This document shows positions 49,457-60,474 of a stretch of 64,000 bases of DNA, piece after piece. The notes under the pieces were generated by a model. It saw only the letters and a program-made list of their open reading frames with translations. It was not told where the DNA came from and made no database searches. Each line of letters opens with the position of its first letter. Positions within the stretch are counted from its first letter, which is position 1. The stretch comes from an uncultured Gammaproteobacteria bacterium (lineage in GTDB: Bacteria; Pseudomonadota; Gammaproteobacteria; JASBUN01), in contig CAVZBR010000001.1 in the NCBI GenBank assembly GCA_963773585.1, positions 814,905 to 878,904 on the forward strand. Direction: 5' to 3'. The translations under genes were made by a program, and so were the position numbers.

Positions 49457-50110
49457 ATGGTGGATATATACGCCAGCGACGACGAAAAAGGCGAACAACT
49501 CAAACAGTGGTGGAGAGCCAACGGCCGCTCGTTGATCGTCGGGCTCGTAATCGGGCTGGGGGCCGTATTCGGTTGGCAAGCGTGGCAGCGCTATCAGGCC
49601 CAGCAGGCCGAGCAGGCGTCTGCGCTCTATAGCCAAATGATGGCGGCACTGGGCGGTGACAACAGGGACGCCGGACTCGAATTGGGCAAGCGCATCATGA
49701 CGCAATACAGCGGCTCCACCTACGCGCCCCTGAGCGCCCTGGCGGTGGCCAAGGTGCGCCTCGAAGCAGGAGAAAGTGCGGGTGCACGGGATAATTTGCG
49801 CTGGGCAATGGAAAATGCCGACGATCCCGCTTTGGCGCGACTTGCGCGACTGAGACTGGGACGTTTGTTATTGGCCGAACAAGATACCGACGGCGTTTTC
49901 AAACTGGCGGCAAAGGATTCCGGGGCCTACGGGGCCGCATTCGCGGAATTGCAGGGCGACGCCTATGCAGCCAAGGGTGATCTGGACAAGGCCCGCGACG
50001 CATACACCCGAGCCCTGGCGCAGTCGGTGCCGGGCAGCCCGCTGCAAGCGACGCTGCGCATGAAATTGAGCGACGCCGGCGGCGCGAATGGAAAAGGAGA
50101 GGGCGGATGA
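49457..50110 (+). CDS. yfgM: YfgM-family TPR membrane protein (ancillary SecYEG-associated)
   Basis: An N-terminal TM after the EQLKQWWRANGRSLIVGLVIGLGAVFGW motif is followed by TPR-like helices. Located between hisS and bamB. Confidence 0.75.
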   Translation: MVDIYASDDEKGEQLKQWWRANGRSLIVGLVIGLGAVFGWQAWQRYQAQQAEQASALYSQMMAALGGDNRDAGLELGKRIMTQYSGSTYAPLSALAVAKVRLEAGESAGARDNLRWAMENADDPALARLARLRLGRLLLAEQDTDGVFKLAAKDSGAYGAAFAELQGDAYAAKGDLDKARDAYTRALAQSVPGSPLQATLRMKLSDAGGANGKGEGG

Positions 50111-51276
50111 AGTTGAAGTATCTGCTGGTACTGCTGGCACTGCCCCTGGGGGGGTGCACGTGGATGACCAATTGGTTTGCCGGCAAGGACAATTCCGAAC
50201 CTCCGACACCGCTCACCGAGGTTGCTGCCAAGATCGACGTGCAGCAAATGTGGAGCCATTCGGTCGGCCACGGCGGCGAGGAACGGCGCCTGGGGTTGCG
50301 ACCGGCGGTGGCTGGAGACCTGGTGTATGCCGCAGGACGTGAAGGTGATGTGACCGCGGTCAACTTGAAGACCGGTAAGCAGGCATGGCGGACCAAGACC
50401 AAGGCCGCAGTTTCCGCAGGGCCGGGATACGGCGACGGATTGGTTTTCGTCGGCACCACCGATGCCCGCGTCCTGGCGTTGCGCGCCGACACCGGTGAAA
50501 AGGCGTGGGAAGCGGAGGTTTCCAGCGAGGTTCTGTCGCCGCCTCAATCCGAGTCCGGTGTGACCGTCGTACACACCATCGACGGCCGCGTCGCGGGACT
50601 ATCCGCCAGCGACGGCAAGCGACTGTGGATCTACGATCGCAATGCACCGGTATTGACCCTGCGCGGGACCAGCATGCCGGCCTTGCAACAGGGGGTGGCG
50701 GTAACGGGATTCGACGGCGGCCAGATCGCCGCGCTGGCGCTATCCGACGGCCGACCGCTGTGGGAACGCAGTGTCGCCATTCCGAGCGGACGTTCGGAGT
50801 TGGAGCGGCTGGTCGACATCGATGCGGACCCGGTGATTTCCGACGGCGTGGTCTATGTCACCACCTATCAGGGCCGGATCGCGGCATTGGCGCTGAACAC
50901 CGGGCAGCTGCTGTGGGCGCGGGAAATGTCGTCCTACGCCGGTCTGGACGTGGGCCCGACCCAGGTGTTTGTCACCGATGATACCGGTCAGGTTTGGGCG
51001 CTGGACCGGCGCACCGGCGCCACCTTCTGGAAGCAGGACAAGCTTCGCTACCGGCGTGTGAGCCGCCCGGCGGTGATCGGCGACTACGTCGTCGTCGGCG
51101 ATTTCGAAGGCTATCTGCACTGGCTGTCCCAAGACGACGGACACATCGTTGCCCGCACCCGCGCGCAGGATTCGGGCATTTCCGCGCCGCCTTTGACGGT
51201 GGCCGGTGAGTTGCTGGTATTGACCAACGACGGTGAGTTGAGTGCCTGGCACGTGAACGGCGCGACCCGCCAATAA
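50107..51276 (+). CDS. bamB: outer membrane protein assembly factor BamB (PQQ beta-propeller lipoprotein)
   Basis: Lipobox LGGC followed by repeated PQQ-type blades (VYVTT.., LWA.., VWALD.. pattern). Confidence 0.88.
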   Translation: MKLKYLLVLLALPLGGCTWMTNWFAGKDNSEPPTPLTEVAAKIDVQQMWSHSVGHGGEERRLGLRPAVAGDLVYAAGREGDVTAVNLKTGKQAWRTKTKAAVSAGPGYGDGLVFVGTTDARVLALRADTGEKAWEAEVSSEVLSPPQSESGVTVVHTIDGRVAGLSASDGKRLWIYDRNAPVLTLRGTSMPALQQGVAVTGFDGGQIAALALSDGRPLWERSVAIPSGRSELERLVDIDADPVISDGVVYVTTYQGRIAALALNTGQLLWAREMSSYAGLDVGPTQVFVTDDTGQVWALDRRTGATFWKQDKLRYRRVSRPAVIGDYVVVGDFEGYLHWLSQDDGHIVARTRAQDSGISAPPLTVAGELLVLTNDGELSAWHVNGATRQ

Positions 51277-51359
51277 CCATGCCGTAATCCCCAGGCTCGA
51301 GGCCGATTCTGCTACCATAGCCAGCTTTCGGAGAACCCGGGCCTGGAGCCCACAGCTGC

Positions 51360-52760
51360 ATGTTGCCGGTTATCGCCCTTGTGGGTCGCCCTAACGTGGG
51401 CAAATCCACACTGTTCAATTTTCTCACCCGCACCCGCGATGCGCTCGTGGCGGATCTGCCCGGACTCACCCGCGACCGCAAGTACGGTCGGGGCGAAGTG
51501 GGGCCGATGCCCTACATCGTGGTCGATACGGGGGGACTGTCGGGGGCCGAAGAAGGCATCGATGAACTCATGGCGCAGCAGACCAGGCTCGCCATTTCCG
51601 AGTCCGATCTGGTGATGCTGATGGTCGACGGCCGTCAAGGCTTGACGCCGGTCGATACCGAAATCGGCCAGTTCCTGCGCCGGACCGGCAAACCGGTGCT
51701 GATCGTAGTGAACAAGAGCGAGGGACTGGACGCGGCAGTGGTTACCGGTGACTTCTTTTCTCTTGGTTTGGGCGAGCCGCTCGCGATCGCGGCCGCCCAC
51801 GGCCGCGGCATCGACCGCTTGATGTACACCGCGCTCGCGGGCTTTGAGTCCGCGCACGAGCCCCCCGAATCGCTGGCGCAACAGGAAACCAAAGTCGCCA
51901 TTGTCGGCCGTCCGAATGTCGGCAAATCCACGTTGGTCAACCGGCTGCTCGGCGAGGAGCGGGTCCTCGCCTTCGACATGCCCGGCACTACCCGTGACAG
52001 CGTGTTCATACCATTCGAGCATCACGCCAATCGTTATGTCTTGATCGATACGGCGGGTGTTCGCCGCCGGGCGCGGGTGTCCGAGGCGGTCGAGCGCTTT
52101 TCCATCATCAAAGCCATGCAGGCTATTGAAGCAGCGCATGTCGTGGTGCTGGTGCTCGATGCTCACCAAGGGATCTCAGAGCAGGATGCCACGCTACTCG
52201 GGCAGGTATTGGACAGCGGCAGAGCGTTGATTGTTGCGGTCAACAAGTGGGATGGATTGAGCGGCGATCAGCGCGAGCGGGTGCGTAGCGAGCTTCATCG
52301 GCGTCTTTCATTCGTGGATTTCGCTGAAATTCATTTCATTTCGGCCCGACACGGTACTGGCATCGGACATCTGTTCGAGGCCGTGGATCGTGCTTACGAA
52401 TCCGCGACCCGGGACCTGTCGACTTCGGAACTGACACGAATACTCGAAGACGCCGTTGCGACCCATCAGCCGCCGCTGGTCCGCGGTCGACGCATCAAGT
52501 TGCGCTACGCCCACCAAGGCGGTCGAAATCCACCCGTCATTATCATCCACGGGAATCAGACCGAATCGGTGCCGGACAGTTACAAACGATTTCTGGTCAA
52601 TCAGTATCGGTCCGCATTGCGGCTGCGGGGAACGCCGGTGAGAGTCGAGTTCAAATCCGGAGCGAACCCGTTCGCTGGACGCCGCAACGAACTCAGCGGC
52701 CGTCAGATCGCCCGTAAAAAGCGCTTGATCAAGCATGTGAAGAAATCGAGACGCAGCTGA
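51360..52760 (+). CDS. der: ribosome-associated GTPase Der/EngA (tandem G domains + KH-like)
   Basis: Two G domains ([12 protein letters not shown]...DTGG; [12 protein letters not shown]...DTAG) and a C-terminal KH-like domain. Confidence 0.92.
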   Translation: MLPVIALVGRPNVGKSTLFNFLTRTRDALVADLPGLTRDRKYGRGEVGPMPYIVVDTGGLSGAEEGIDELMAQQTRLAISESDLVMLMVDGRQGLTPVDTEIGQFLRRTGKPVLIVVNKSEGLDAAVVTGDFFSLGLGEPLAIAAAHGRGIDRLMYTALAGFESAHEPPESLAQQETKVAIVGRPNVGKSTLVNRLLGEERVLAFDMPGTTRDSVFIPFEHHANRYVLIDTAGVRRRARVSEAVERFSIIKAMQAIEAAHVVVLVLDAHQGISEQDATLLGQVLDSGRALIVAVNKWDGLSGDQRERVRSELHRRLSFVDFAEIHFISARHGTGIGHLFEAVDRAYESATRDLSTSELTRILEDAVATHQPPLVRGRRIKLRYAHQGGRNPPVIIIHGNQTESVPDSYKRFLVNQYRSALRLRGTPVRVEFKSGANPFAGRRNELSGRQIARKKRLIKHVKKSRRS

Positions 52761-52844
52761 TTCGATGCAGTTTGCCCAGTGCGTTCGCGCGTGCGGTTGC
52801 AGCGCCTAGGCTGGATGCAATCGACCAGTCAATATAGGGCGGTT

Positions 52845-53168
52845 ATGGAGAGCGTCGAACACCGGATTGCCGATTTGGTCCTGGAATTGGAGCGCGAAAT
52901 GCGCGCATTGGGGCTGTGGGAGTCGCTGGCGCCGCCGTCCGCCGCGCTGCGCAGCGTACAGCCCTTCAGCGTCGATACGCTGGACTTCACTCAGTGGCTG
53001 CAATGGGTGTTCATCCCCAGAATCGCCGACCTGATCGCAGTGGGCGACTCATTACCGCGCAATTGCGAGATCGCGCCCCTGGCGGAAATGGTCTTCGATA
53101 ATATAGACGCCGATACCACGCGACTGTTGGGACTGATTCGCCGTATCGATCGCGTCTTGACCGGCTGA
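52845..53168 (+). CDS. YqcC-like protein (DUF446)
   Basis: About 108 aa from MESVEH. Similar to the YqcC family (ADLVLELEREMRALGLW...DTLDFTQWLQWVFIPR). Confidence 0.6.
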   Translation: MESVEHRIADLVLELEREMRALGLWESLAPPSAALRSVQPFSVDTLDFTQWLQWVFIPRIADLIAVGDSLPRNCEIAPLAEMVFDNIDADTTRLLGLIRRIDRVLTG

Positions 53169-53190
53169 AGTCGCGCCCGCCGCGCGGAAC

Positions 53191-54468
53191 TTACAGTCGA
53201 CCGTCGACCGCATTCGCTGGAAGAACGTATTTGACGTCATACAGCACGTGCTTCGGTTTGCCGAGCGCACGCATGCCTTCCACGCCGAGGGCCTGGAATT
53301 GACGATGGCCGACCGCGAGAATGACCGCGTCGTAGGCACCTTTTTGCGGGTCTGAAATTGGTTCGATGCCATACTCGTGCTGCGCTTCCTTCGCGTCTAC
53401 CCACGGATCGTATACGTCGACTTCGGCGTGATAGTGCTTGAACTCGTCGATCAGATCGGTCACCCGGGTGTTGCGCAGGTCTGGACAGTTCTCTTTGAAC
53501 GTCAAGCCCATGATCAGGATTCGAGCGCCCACCACGTGGATGCGTTTGCGGGTCATGAGTTTGACGACCTGATCTGCGACATAGGAGCCCATGCCGTCGT
53601 TGATTTGCCGACCGGCGAGAATCATTTCCGGGTGGTAGCCGACTTCCTGCGCTTTGTGGGTCAGATAGTACGGGTCGACACCGATACAGTGGCCACCCAC
53701 CAGGCCCGGGCGAAATGGCAGGAAGTTCCATTTGGTGCCCGCGGCTTCCAGCACTTCCAAGGTATCGATGTCGAGGCGGTTGAACAGCATCGCAAGTTCG
53801 TTGATCAGCGCGATATTGACGTCGCGCTGGGTGTTTTCAATGACTTTCGCGGCTTCCGCGACGCGGATGCTGCTGGCTTTGTGGGTCCCGGCGGTGATGA
53901 CCCGGCGGTATACCGAGTCCACATATTCGGCCACCTCGGGGGTCGACCCGGATGTCACTTTCAAAATGGTCGAGACCCGATGTTCCTTGTCTCCCGGGTT
54001 GATGCGCTCCGGGCTGTAGCCGGCGAAAAAGTCGACGTTGAAGCGGAGTCCGGACTCACGCTCGAGGATGGGCACGCATACTTCTTCGGTCGCCCCGGGA
54101 TATACCGTCGACTCGTAGACGACCACGTCTCCCGCTTTCAGGACCCGGCCAACGGTTCGGCTGGCGGATTCAAGCGGTGTGAGGTCCGGCCGTTTGTGCC
54201 GATCGATGGGGGTGGGCACGGTGACGACATAGAAGTTGCATGATTCGATTTGCGTGGCTTGATCGGCATACTGCAGCTTTGTCGCAGCGGCAAGGATCTC
54301 CGGTTCCACTTCCAGGGTGTGGTCGATGCCTTGTTTGAGCTCGTCAATTCGGCGGCTGTCGATGTCGAAACCGACCGTATCGAAGTGTTTACCGAGTTCC
54401 ACCGCCAGCGGCAGACCCACGTAGCCCAACCCGATGACGCCGATTTTGATATTGTCGATGCTCAACAT
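53191..54468 (-). CDS. nucleotide-sugar dehydrogenase (UDP-N-acetyl-D-glucosamine/mannosamine 6-dehydrogenase family, TviB/WbpA-like)
   Basis: An N-terminal Rossmann fold ([15 protein letters not shown]), the catalytic GGHCIGVDP and a C-terminal UDPG_MGDP_dh domain. The start is taken at MLSIDN (54468). Confidence 0.85.
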   Translation of the reverse strand: MLSIDNIKIGVIGLGYVGLPLAVELGKHFDTVGFDIDSRRIDELKQGIDHTLEVEPEILAAATKLQYADQATQIESCNFYVVTVPTPIDRHKRPDLTPLESASRTVGRVLKAGDVVVYESTVYPGATEEVCVPILERESGLRFNVDFFAGYSPERINPGDKEHRVSTILKVTSGSTPEVAEYVDSVYRRVITAGTHKASSIRVAEAAKVIENTQRDVNIALINELAMLFNRLDIDTLEVLEAAGTKWNFLPFRPGLVGGHCIGVDPYYLTHKAQEVGYHPEMILAGRQINDGMGSYVADQVVKLMTRKRIHVVGARILIMGLTFKENCPDLRNTRVTDLIDEFKHYHAEVDVYDPWVDAKEAQHEYGIEPISDPQKGAYDAVILAVGHRQFQALGVEGMRALGKPKHVLYDVKYVLPANAVDGRL

Positions 54469-54682
54469 CCCTTGTTCGCTCCCGTCTGGCTCGAATGCTG
54501 TCCGCGCCGAGCGGACAAATGAACACCGGATTATCCCCGTAGTCGGCGCGTTTTTGAATAGGTCAAGAGGCATATTTGGGGATGGCGAGCCGGCGCGAGT
54601 CCGTAACCACTCGGAGCTGCCACTAGAACACGTGGTCTGCTTGTTTCTATACTTATGGAATGTCGAAGATGAAGGTGGAAGT

Positions 54683-55156
54683 GTGAACAAGTCCTTGCGG
54701 GCGTTGCTGGAGCACCCCGATTTCGTGGAGGGGCAGCATTGGTCGCGACAGTGGTATTTGGCGCACCAGCCGATTGTCGAGGAGGGGACCAGCGGGTCGC
54801 AGGTCTACCTGTTGCTTGACGGCAAGGTGCGCGTGCTCGGGGACGTGGCATTGGACGAGGCCCGGCGCATCCGTCCGGGATTCTTCGAATTTGAATCCGG
54901 CGAGGTATTTGGTGAACTGGCGTTGTTCGACCATGGGCCCCGCTCGGCTTCGGTGGTGGCGGTCACGGATTGCGAATTGGCGGTCATAGACGGTGATCGG
55001 CTCCTGGCGTTTCTCGACCAGCATCGGGAATTGGGGTACGAAGTATTGCAGGAGTTGGTGAGCGCACTGGTCGTTCGGCTGCGAAAAACCAATCGTAAAC
55101 TATTCTCTCTCATGGCATGGGGGCTCAAGGCCCGCGGTTTCGACGAGCATTTGTAA
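54683..55156 (+). CDS. small cyclic-nucleotide-binding (CAP effector-domain) protein without DNA-binding domain
   Basis: A cNMP-binding fold with the FGELAL motif. About 157 aa with no C-terminal HTH. The GTG start at 54683 is tentative. Confidence 0.55.
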   Translation: MNKSLRALLEHPDFVEGQHWSRQWYLAHQPIVEEGTSGSQVYLLLDGKVRVLGDVALDEARRIRPGFFEFESGEVFGELALFDHGPRSASVVAVTDCELAVIDGDRLLAFLDQHRELGYEVLQELVSALVVRLRKTNRKLFSLMAWGLKARGFDEHL

Positions 55157-55416
55157 GAGAGCTTCGCAAGCGATTGATATAATAATCTTTTTAAGATCGG
55201 TCGGGTGAGTTGATCAATTCAGATCAAGCATTGATTTAGCGGTCGATATGTGAAGTGGTTCAACTTTCTTCACCGAAGGCCGCTATGCACAGATACATTT
55301 GTTAGCGCTACCAACCCGAGCGGGATCCGCAGCGCGGACGCTTTTGCGCGGACAGCGCAGACACCGTTCGCGCGTCGATTGATTGAACAAGCAAAAATAA
55401 GGGGCCGGCGCAGTCA

Positions 55417-56814
55417 ATGATTCGCCTATTTCGACACTACATTCCGGAGTCCATGATACTCCTCGGACTGGGCGAAACGGTTTTGCTGGTGGCGTCCGTC
55501 TACCTGGGCGTGTATATCCGGTTTTACGACGGCGGCCTGCCGGTGGATGATCCATCGGTCGATGGGCTGTTTTGGAAAGGCATTTTGTTTGCCGCCATCG
55601 TTGCCCTCGCCATGACCACCATGGGCCTCTATTGGCGTCACCTGCGGGTGGACAGCTTGTGGCACATCGTGCTGCGTCTGTTGGGCGCGTTCGTGCTCAC
55701 GGTGGTGATGCTCGCGCTGTTGTTTTACGTGCTGCCGGATCTGTTCATCGGCCGAGGCGCGCTCGCCATTTCGCTGTTGATTGCGCTGGGCTTTGTACTT
55801 GGCGCGCGCGCACTGCACTATCATTTCGCCGACATGGAGGCATTGAAGGCACGCGTATTGGTAGTCGGCGCCGGCCGCAAAGCGAGCCTCCTGGAAAGCC
55901 TTCGGCGCCGGGTGGATTGGCACGGCTTCAGATTGATCGGTTACATACACATTCGCGGTGAACGCGACTCGGTGGATCCCGCGAAAATACTGCAGTCTGA
56001 GACGCCTCTCGATCAATTGGTCGACGAATACCAGATTGACGAAATCGTGGTCGCGATCGATGACCGTCGAAAAAGCTTTCCAGTGGACGAAATTCTCGAG
56101 TGCAAAATGAAGGGTGTGCAAGTTGTCGACCTCATGACGTTTTTCGAGCGTCAGAGCGGCAAAATCCGCCTTGACACGCTGCATCCCAGCAGCTTGATTT
56201 TCGCCGATGGATTTTCGCAAGCGGTACTGCGCAAGAACAGCAAGCGCGTATTCGACATCGGCGCCAGCCTGTTCCTCTTGATGTTCGCATGGCCTTTCAT
56301 GTTGATCACGGCACTTGCGATTCGTATCGAATCACCCGGCTCGGTACTGTATCGCCAGATACGTGTCGGGCGTTTCGGCATACCCTTTGAAGTATTGAAA
56401 TTCCGCAGCATGAGAGCGGATGCCGAGCAGGACGGCAAGGCGCAATGGGCGCAGAAAGGCGACACCCGCGTCACCCGGGTGGGCGCTTTTATTCGTAAGT
56501 TTCGAATTGACGAGCTTCCTCAATTGCTTAATGTGCTGCGTGGGGATATGAGTTTCGTGGGGCCGCGACCAGAACGGCCGGAATTCGTTGAGCAATTGAA
56601 GCAGGAAATTCCGTTTTACGACCTGCGACACAAAGTTGCCCCCGGCATCACCGGCTGGGCGCAGATCTCCTATCCCTATGGTGCCTCCGTGCGGGATGCG
56701 ATGGAAAAACTGCAATACGACCTTTATTACATCAAGAATTACAGTTTACTATTCGATTTCATGATCCTCTTTCAGACCGCCCACGCAGTGGTTTGGGGGA
56801 AGGGCGCACGCTAA
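55417..56814 (+). CDS. PEP-CTERM-system-associated undecaprenyl-phosphate sugar transferase (EpsB/WbaP family)
   Basis: An N-terminal multi-TM and CoA_binding-like region is followed by the bacterial sugar transferase domain (VGPRPERPEF...KPGITGWAQ). The N-terminus MIRLFRHYIPESM is typical of the exosortase-system subgroup. Confidence 0.8.
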   Translation: MIRLFRHYIPESMILLGLGETVLLVASVYLGVYIRFYDGGLPVDDPSVDGLFWKGILFAAIVALAMTTMGLYWRHLRVDSLWHIVLRLLGAFVLTVVMLALLFYVLPDLFIGRGALAISLLIALGFVLGARALHYHFADMEALKARVLVVGAGRKASLLESLRRRVDWHGFRLIGYIHIRGERDSVDPAKILQSETPLDQLVDEYQIDEIVVAIDDRRKSFPVDEILECKMKGVQVVDLMTFFERQSGKIRLDTLHPSSLIFADGFSQAVLRKNSKRVFDIGASLFLLMFAWPFMLITALAIRIESPGSVLYRQIRVGRFGIPFEVLKFRSMRADAEQDGKAQWAQKGDTRVTRVGAFIRKFRIDELPQLLNVLRGDMSFVGPRPERPEFVEQLKQEIPFYDLRHKVAPGITGWAQISYPYGASVRDAMEKLQYDLYYIKNYSLLFDFMILFQTAHAVVWGKGAR

Positions 56815-56884
56815 GGGTTGACCGCCCGGCGCATGTCGAGGCACCAGCGGCAACGATCTGCCGAGCGGGCGGCGGGGGACTGGA

Positions 56885-59002
56885 ATGCAAGCGGTTGACA
56901 TCGGCCTGGTGAGCTATCTCGTCGCAGCGGGCGCATTTCTACTGCTTGCGTTGTTGCTGCTTACAAGTTGGCGGGGTCGCCTTGAAGGCGCGGCGCTGGT
57001 TGCCGCCGTGACCACCAGCATGGTCTGGGGCGTGGTGGCAGCACTCGGGCCACAGCTGCACGCGCCGGTGTCGCCAGTCGCCTATCACACGCTGGAAATC
57101 GTCCGCGACATCACCTGGTATGTGTTCCTGTTTCGCCTGCTGCGACCATTGAAGATTTCGGGGCGCGAACACACAAGTCTGCTGACGTTTGCTGAACCGG
57201 TGGCGCTGATCACCGCGGGGGTGGTCCTGCTGATCGACTTGTTGCCGGAATTGGTTACGAAGGTAATACCGTTGGCGTCGCCGCCGCAGGCCGCAATTAC
57301 CGGCCATTTGATCCTGGCGCTGATCGGCATGGCGTTGGTGGAACAATTGTTTCGCAATACCCGCCCTTCCGGGCGCTGGTCGGTAAAGTATCTGTTCTTG
57401 GGCGTAGGGGCCATTTTCGCATACGATTTTTTTCTGTACTCCGACGCATTGCTGTTCAAGCAGATCGATTACGATCTATGGACGGCGCGGGGGTTCGTCA
57501 ACGCGTTGGTTGTGCCGATGCTCGCGATTTCGGCGGCGCGCAATCCGGCCTGGTCCCTGGACGTGTTCATCTCCCGGCGGGTGGTGTTCCATACGGTCAC
57601 TCTCGCCGGGGCGGGGATTTACCTGCTGGTCATGGCCGCGGCGGGCTATTACATACGCCAATATGGAGGCAGTTGGGGTGCCGCTGCACAGGCTACGTTT
57701 CTGGCATTCGCGCTGTTGTTGTTGGGTGTGCTGCTGTTTTCCGGCCAGATGCGAGCCAAACTCAAGGTATTTCTCAGCAAGCATTTTTTCAATTACAAAT
57801 ACGATTACCGGGAAGAATGGTTGAAGTTGTCGGGAAGTCTGCTGGCGGGAGACGACGAATTGAACCCGCGACAGCGGGCAATTCGATCACTGGCCGATAT
57901 TGTCGAAAGTACCGGTGGCATGCTTTGGACCCAGACCGACGCCGGCCACTATACAGGCGCCGAGCATTGGAACATGAACGAAACAGCCCATGCGGTGATC
58001 AAGGAGAACGCGCCGGTAATTCGGTTTTTGCGTACTCGGCAGTGGGTCATCGACCTGGACGAATTCAGGGAGAATCCGGAGTTATACGAAGATTTGATTC
58101 TGCCAGACTGGCTCGAGGATTTGCCGAGGGCTTGGCTCGTGGTTCCACTGTTACGCGATGAGACGCTTATTGCTTTCGTGGTATTGGGAAGGCCGCGCGC
58201 GCTGCGTAATATCAATTGGGAAGACCGCGACTTGCTGAAAACGGTCGGCTTGCAGATTGCCAGCTATATCGCGTTGGTTGAAACCAGCGAAGCATTGATG
58301 AATGCCCGTCAATTCGAAGCCTTCAATCGACTTTCATCATATGTGGTGCACGATTTGAAGAATGTCAGCGCGCAGCTGTCGTTGGTGGTGAAGAATGCGA
58401 AGCGTCATCTCGACAATCCCGCTTTCGTAGCGGATGCGATCAGTACGGTCGAAAACGCGACTGCGAAGATGAACCGAATGCTGGCACAGTTGCGCAAGGG
58501 TGGTACAGTAGAGTCCGCTAAGTCGATCGTTGACTTGCAGCCGATCCTGCGCGATGCCGTCTCGACCTGTGCGGGCCAGGACCCTGTACCGTCGCTGGAA
58601 TCCGAAGACGGTCAATTGCTTTTGGTGATAGACGCAGAAAAACTGACCAACGTTTTGTCGCATTTAATCCAAAACGCCCAAGAAGCCACTTCTCGCCAGG
58701 GGCGGGTACAGGTGAAGGCCGGCGTCGATCACGACGATGTACTGATCGAGGTCACGGACGATGGCTGCGGCATGGACGAAAAGTTCATTCGCGAACGCTT
58801 ATTCCGGCCGTTCGAAACCACCAAAGGCAACGCTGGGATGGGGATCGGCGTCTATGAAAGCAGAGAATTCATCTGGTCGCAGGGCGGCGACCTGCTGGTC
58901 ACCAGCGAACCCGGGCACGGAAGCAAATTCCAGGTCCGGTTGCCGCTCTACCGCGACGCGCCCGGACACGACGCGCAACGTGCTGCAGAGACTGCGATTT
59001 GA
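56885..59002 (+). CDS. prsK: PEP-CTERM system histidine kinase PrsK
   Basis: 705 aa. About 12 N-terminal TMs are followed by a GAF-like region, HisKA (SSYVVHDLKN) and HATPase (DDGCGMD, GMGIGVYESR). Sits directly upstream of prsR. Confidence 0.8.
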   Translation: MQAVDIGLVSYLVAAGAFLLLALLLLTSWRGRLEGAALVAAVTTSMVWGVVAALGPQLHAPVSPVAYHTLEIVRDITWYVFLFRLLRPLKISGREHTSLLTFAEPVALITAGVVLLIDLLPELVTKVIPLASPPQAAITGHLILALIGMALVEQLFRNTRPSGRWSVKYLFLGVGAIFAYDFFLYSDALLFKQIDYDLWTARGFVNALVVPMLAISAARNPAWSLDVFISRRVVFHTVTLAGAGIYLLVMAAAGYYIRQYGGSWGAAAQATFLAFALLLLGVLLFSGQMRAKLKVFLSKHFFNYKYDYREEWLKLSGSLLAGDDELNPRQRAIRSLADIVESTGGMLWTQTDAGHYTGAEHWNMNETAHAVIKENAPVIRFLRTRQWVIDLDEFRENPELYEDLILPDWLEDLPRAWLVVPLLRDETLIAFVVLGRPRALRNINWEDRDLLKTVGLQIASYIALVETSEALMNARQFEAFNRLSSYVVHDLKNVSAQLSLVVKNAKRHLDNPAFVADAISTVENATAKMNRMLAQLRKGGTVESAKSIVDLQPILRDAVSTCAGQDPVPSLESEDGQLLLVIDAEKLTNVLSHLIQNAQEATSRQGRVQVKAGVDHDDVLIEVTDDGCGMDEKFIRERLFRPFETTKGNAGMGIGVYESREFIWSQGGDLLVTSEPGHGSKFQVRLPLYRDAPGHDAQRAAETAI

Positions 59003-60351
59003 TAGCCAATAAAACACTACTGGTAGTTGAGGACGATCCCGGACTGCAAAGCCAGCTGCGCTGGTCGTTTGAGCATTATGACGTGCTGATCGCGGGGGAC
59101 AAGGAGTCGGCTATCAATGAACTGCGCCGGCATGAACCGGCGGTGGTGACCTTGGATCTCGGTTTGCCGCCGGATCCGGCAAATGCCAGCGAGGGTCTTG
59201 CCGCGCTGGAAGAAATACTGCGACTCGCGCCGCACACCAAGGTCATTGTCGTGACTGGCAATGAAGATCGCGAAAATGCCGTGCGTTCCATCGCGCTCGG
59301 AGCTTACGATTTCTACCAAAAACCCATTGAACCGGAAATTTTGGGGTTGATCATCGAGCGCGCTTACCGCGTGTATGAATTGGAAGACGAGAACCGCCGC
59401 CTCGCCGCAGCAAAAGGTGATTCGCCACTCGAGGGCATCATTGCCACCAGCCCGGAAATGCTCAAAGTATGCCGGACCGTGGAAAAAGTTGCCCCCACCG
59501 ACGCGACGACGATCATCTTGGGGGAGAGTGGAACCGGCAAGGAACTGGTGGCGAGAGCGATTCATAATCTGAGTTCCCGCGCCCAGGGCAGTTTTGTCGC
59601 CATCAACTGTGCTGCGATCCCTGAAAACCTTCTGGAGAGTGAGCTTTTTGGTTATGAGAAGGGCGCTTTTACCGGCGCGGCCAAGCAGACCAAAGGTAAG
59701 ATCGAATACGCAGACGGCGGCACGCTGTTTCTCGACGAAGTGGGCGATCTGCCGTTGGCGCTGCAGGCCAAATTGTTGCGGTTTTTACAGGAACGGGTGA
59801 TCGAGCGCGTAGGGGGCAGAGCCGAGATCGCCGTGGATGTACGGGTTGTTTGCGCGACGCACCGTGACCTGACGCAATTGATTCAGGAAGGCACTTTCCG
59901 AGAGGATCTTTATTATCGGATCAGTGAAATCAAGCTCATTGTGCCTCCGCTCAGGGAGCGTCAAGGCGACGCTGTAGTGTTGGCGAGTACCTTTCTGAAA
60001 CGTTATGCCGACAAGAACAGCCGTTCCGTGCGCAGCTTCAGCAAAGAGGCATTGGCCGCGATCGAGCACTATCAGTGGCCGGGCAATGTCCGAGAGATGG
60101 AAAATCGTGTGAAGCGTTCGGTGATCATGGCCGAGGGGACACAGGTTACGGCAGAAGACCTGGAACTGGCTGAGGCGCAGGACGACAGTATGCCGTTCAA
60201 CCTCCGCCAGGTGCGGGAGCAGGCCGAACGGCTCGCGCTCTCGCGTGCATTGTCCGTCGCCGATGGGAATTTGTCGCGTGCAGCCGAATTGTTGGGGATC
60301 ACGCGTCCGACGCTGTACACATTACTGGATAAATTCAATATGCGCTCTTGA
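58999..60351 (+). CDS. prsR: PEP-CTERM-box sigma-54-dependent response regulator PrsR
   Basis: REC domain, sigma-54 AAA+ domain (GESGTGKELVARAIH, GAFTGA, ESELFGYEKGAFTGA) and a C-terminal Fis-type HTH. TTG start overlapping the prsK stop. Confidence 0.85.
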   Translation: MIANKTLLVVEDDPGLQSQLRWSFEHYDVLIAGDKESAINELRRHEPAVVTLDLGLPPDPANASEGLAALEEILRLAPHTKVIVVTGNEDRENAVRSIALGAYDFYQKPIEPEILGLIIERAYRVYELEDENRRLAAAKGDSPLEGIIATSPEMLKVCRTVEKVAPTDATTIILGESGTGKELVARAIHNLSSRAQGSFVAINCAAIPENLLESELFGYEKGAFTGAAKQTKGKIEYADGGTLFLDEVGDLPLALQAKLLRFLQERVIERVGGRAEIAVDVRVVCATHRDLTQLIQEGTFREDLYYRISEIKLIVPPLRERQGDAVVLASTFLKRYADKNSRSVRSFSKEALAAIEHYQWPGNVREMENRVKRSVIMAEGTQVTAEDLELAEAQDDSMPFNLRQVREQAERLALSRALSVADGNLSRAAELLGITRPTLYTLLDKFNMRS

Positions 60352-60474
60352 ACGTGAGCAGCATGTGGGCCGGCCCCGGTCTGGGCGCGGAACCTTCGCG
60401 CCTGGCCAGGCGTCACAATGCCAATCGTAGGTCATATTCGCTTTACGGTTAGGCATTCTTGCGGGAGGGAATCG

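Noticed and set aside
56815-56884. Sigma-54 (GG-N10-GC) promoters upstream of prsK, prsT and the PrsT paralogue
   Set aside because: The candidate sequences (e.g. tggaatgcaagcggttgac at 56880, tggtgtttagtagtgc at about 63392) have wrong spacing or poor -12 elements. No convincing match was found.
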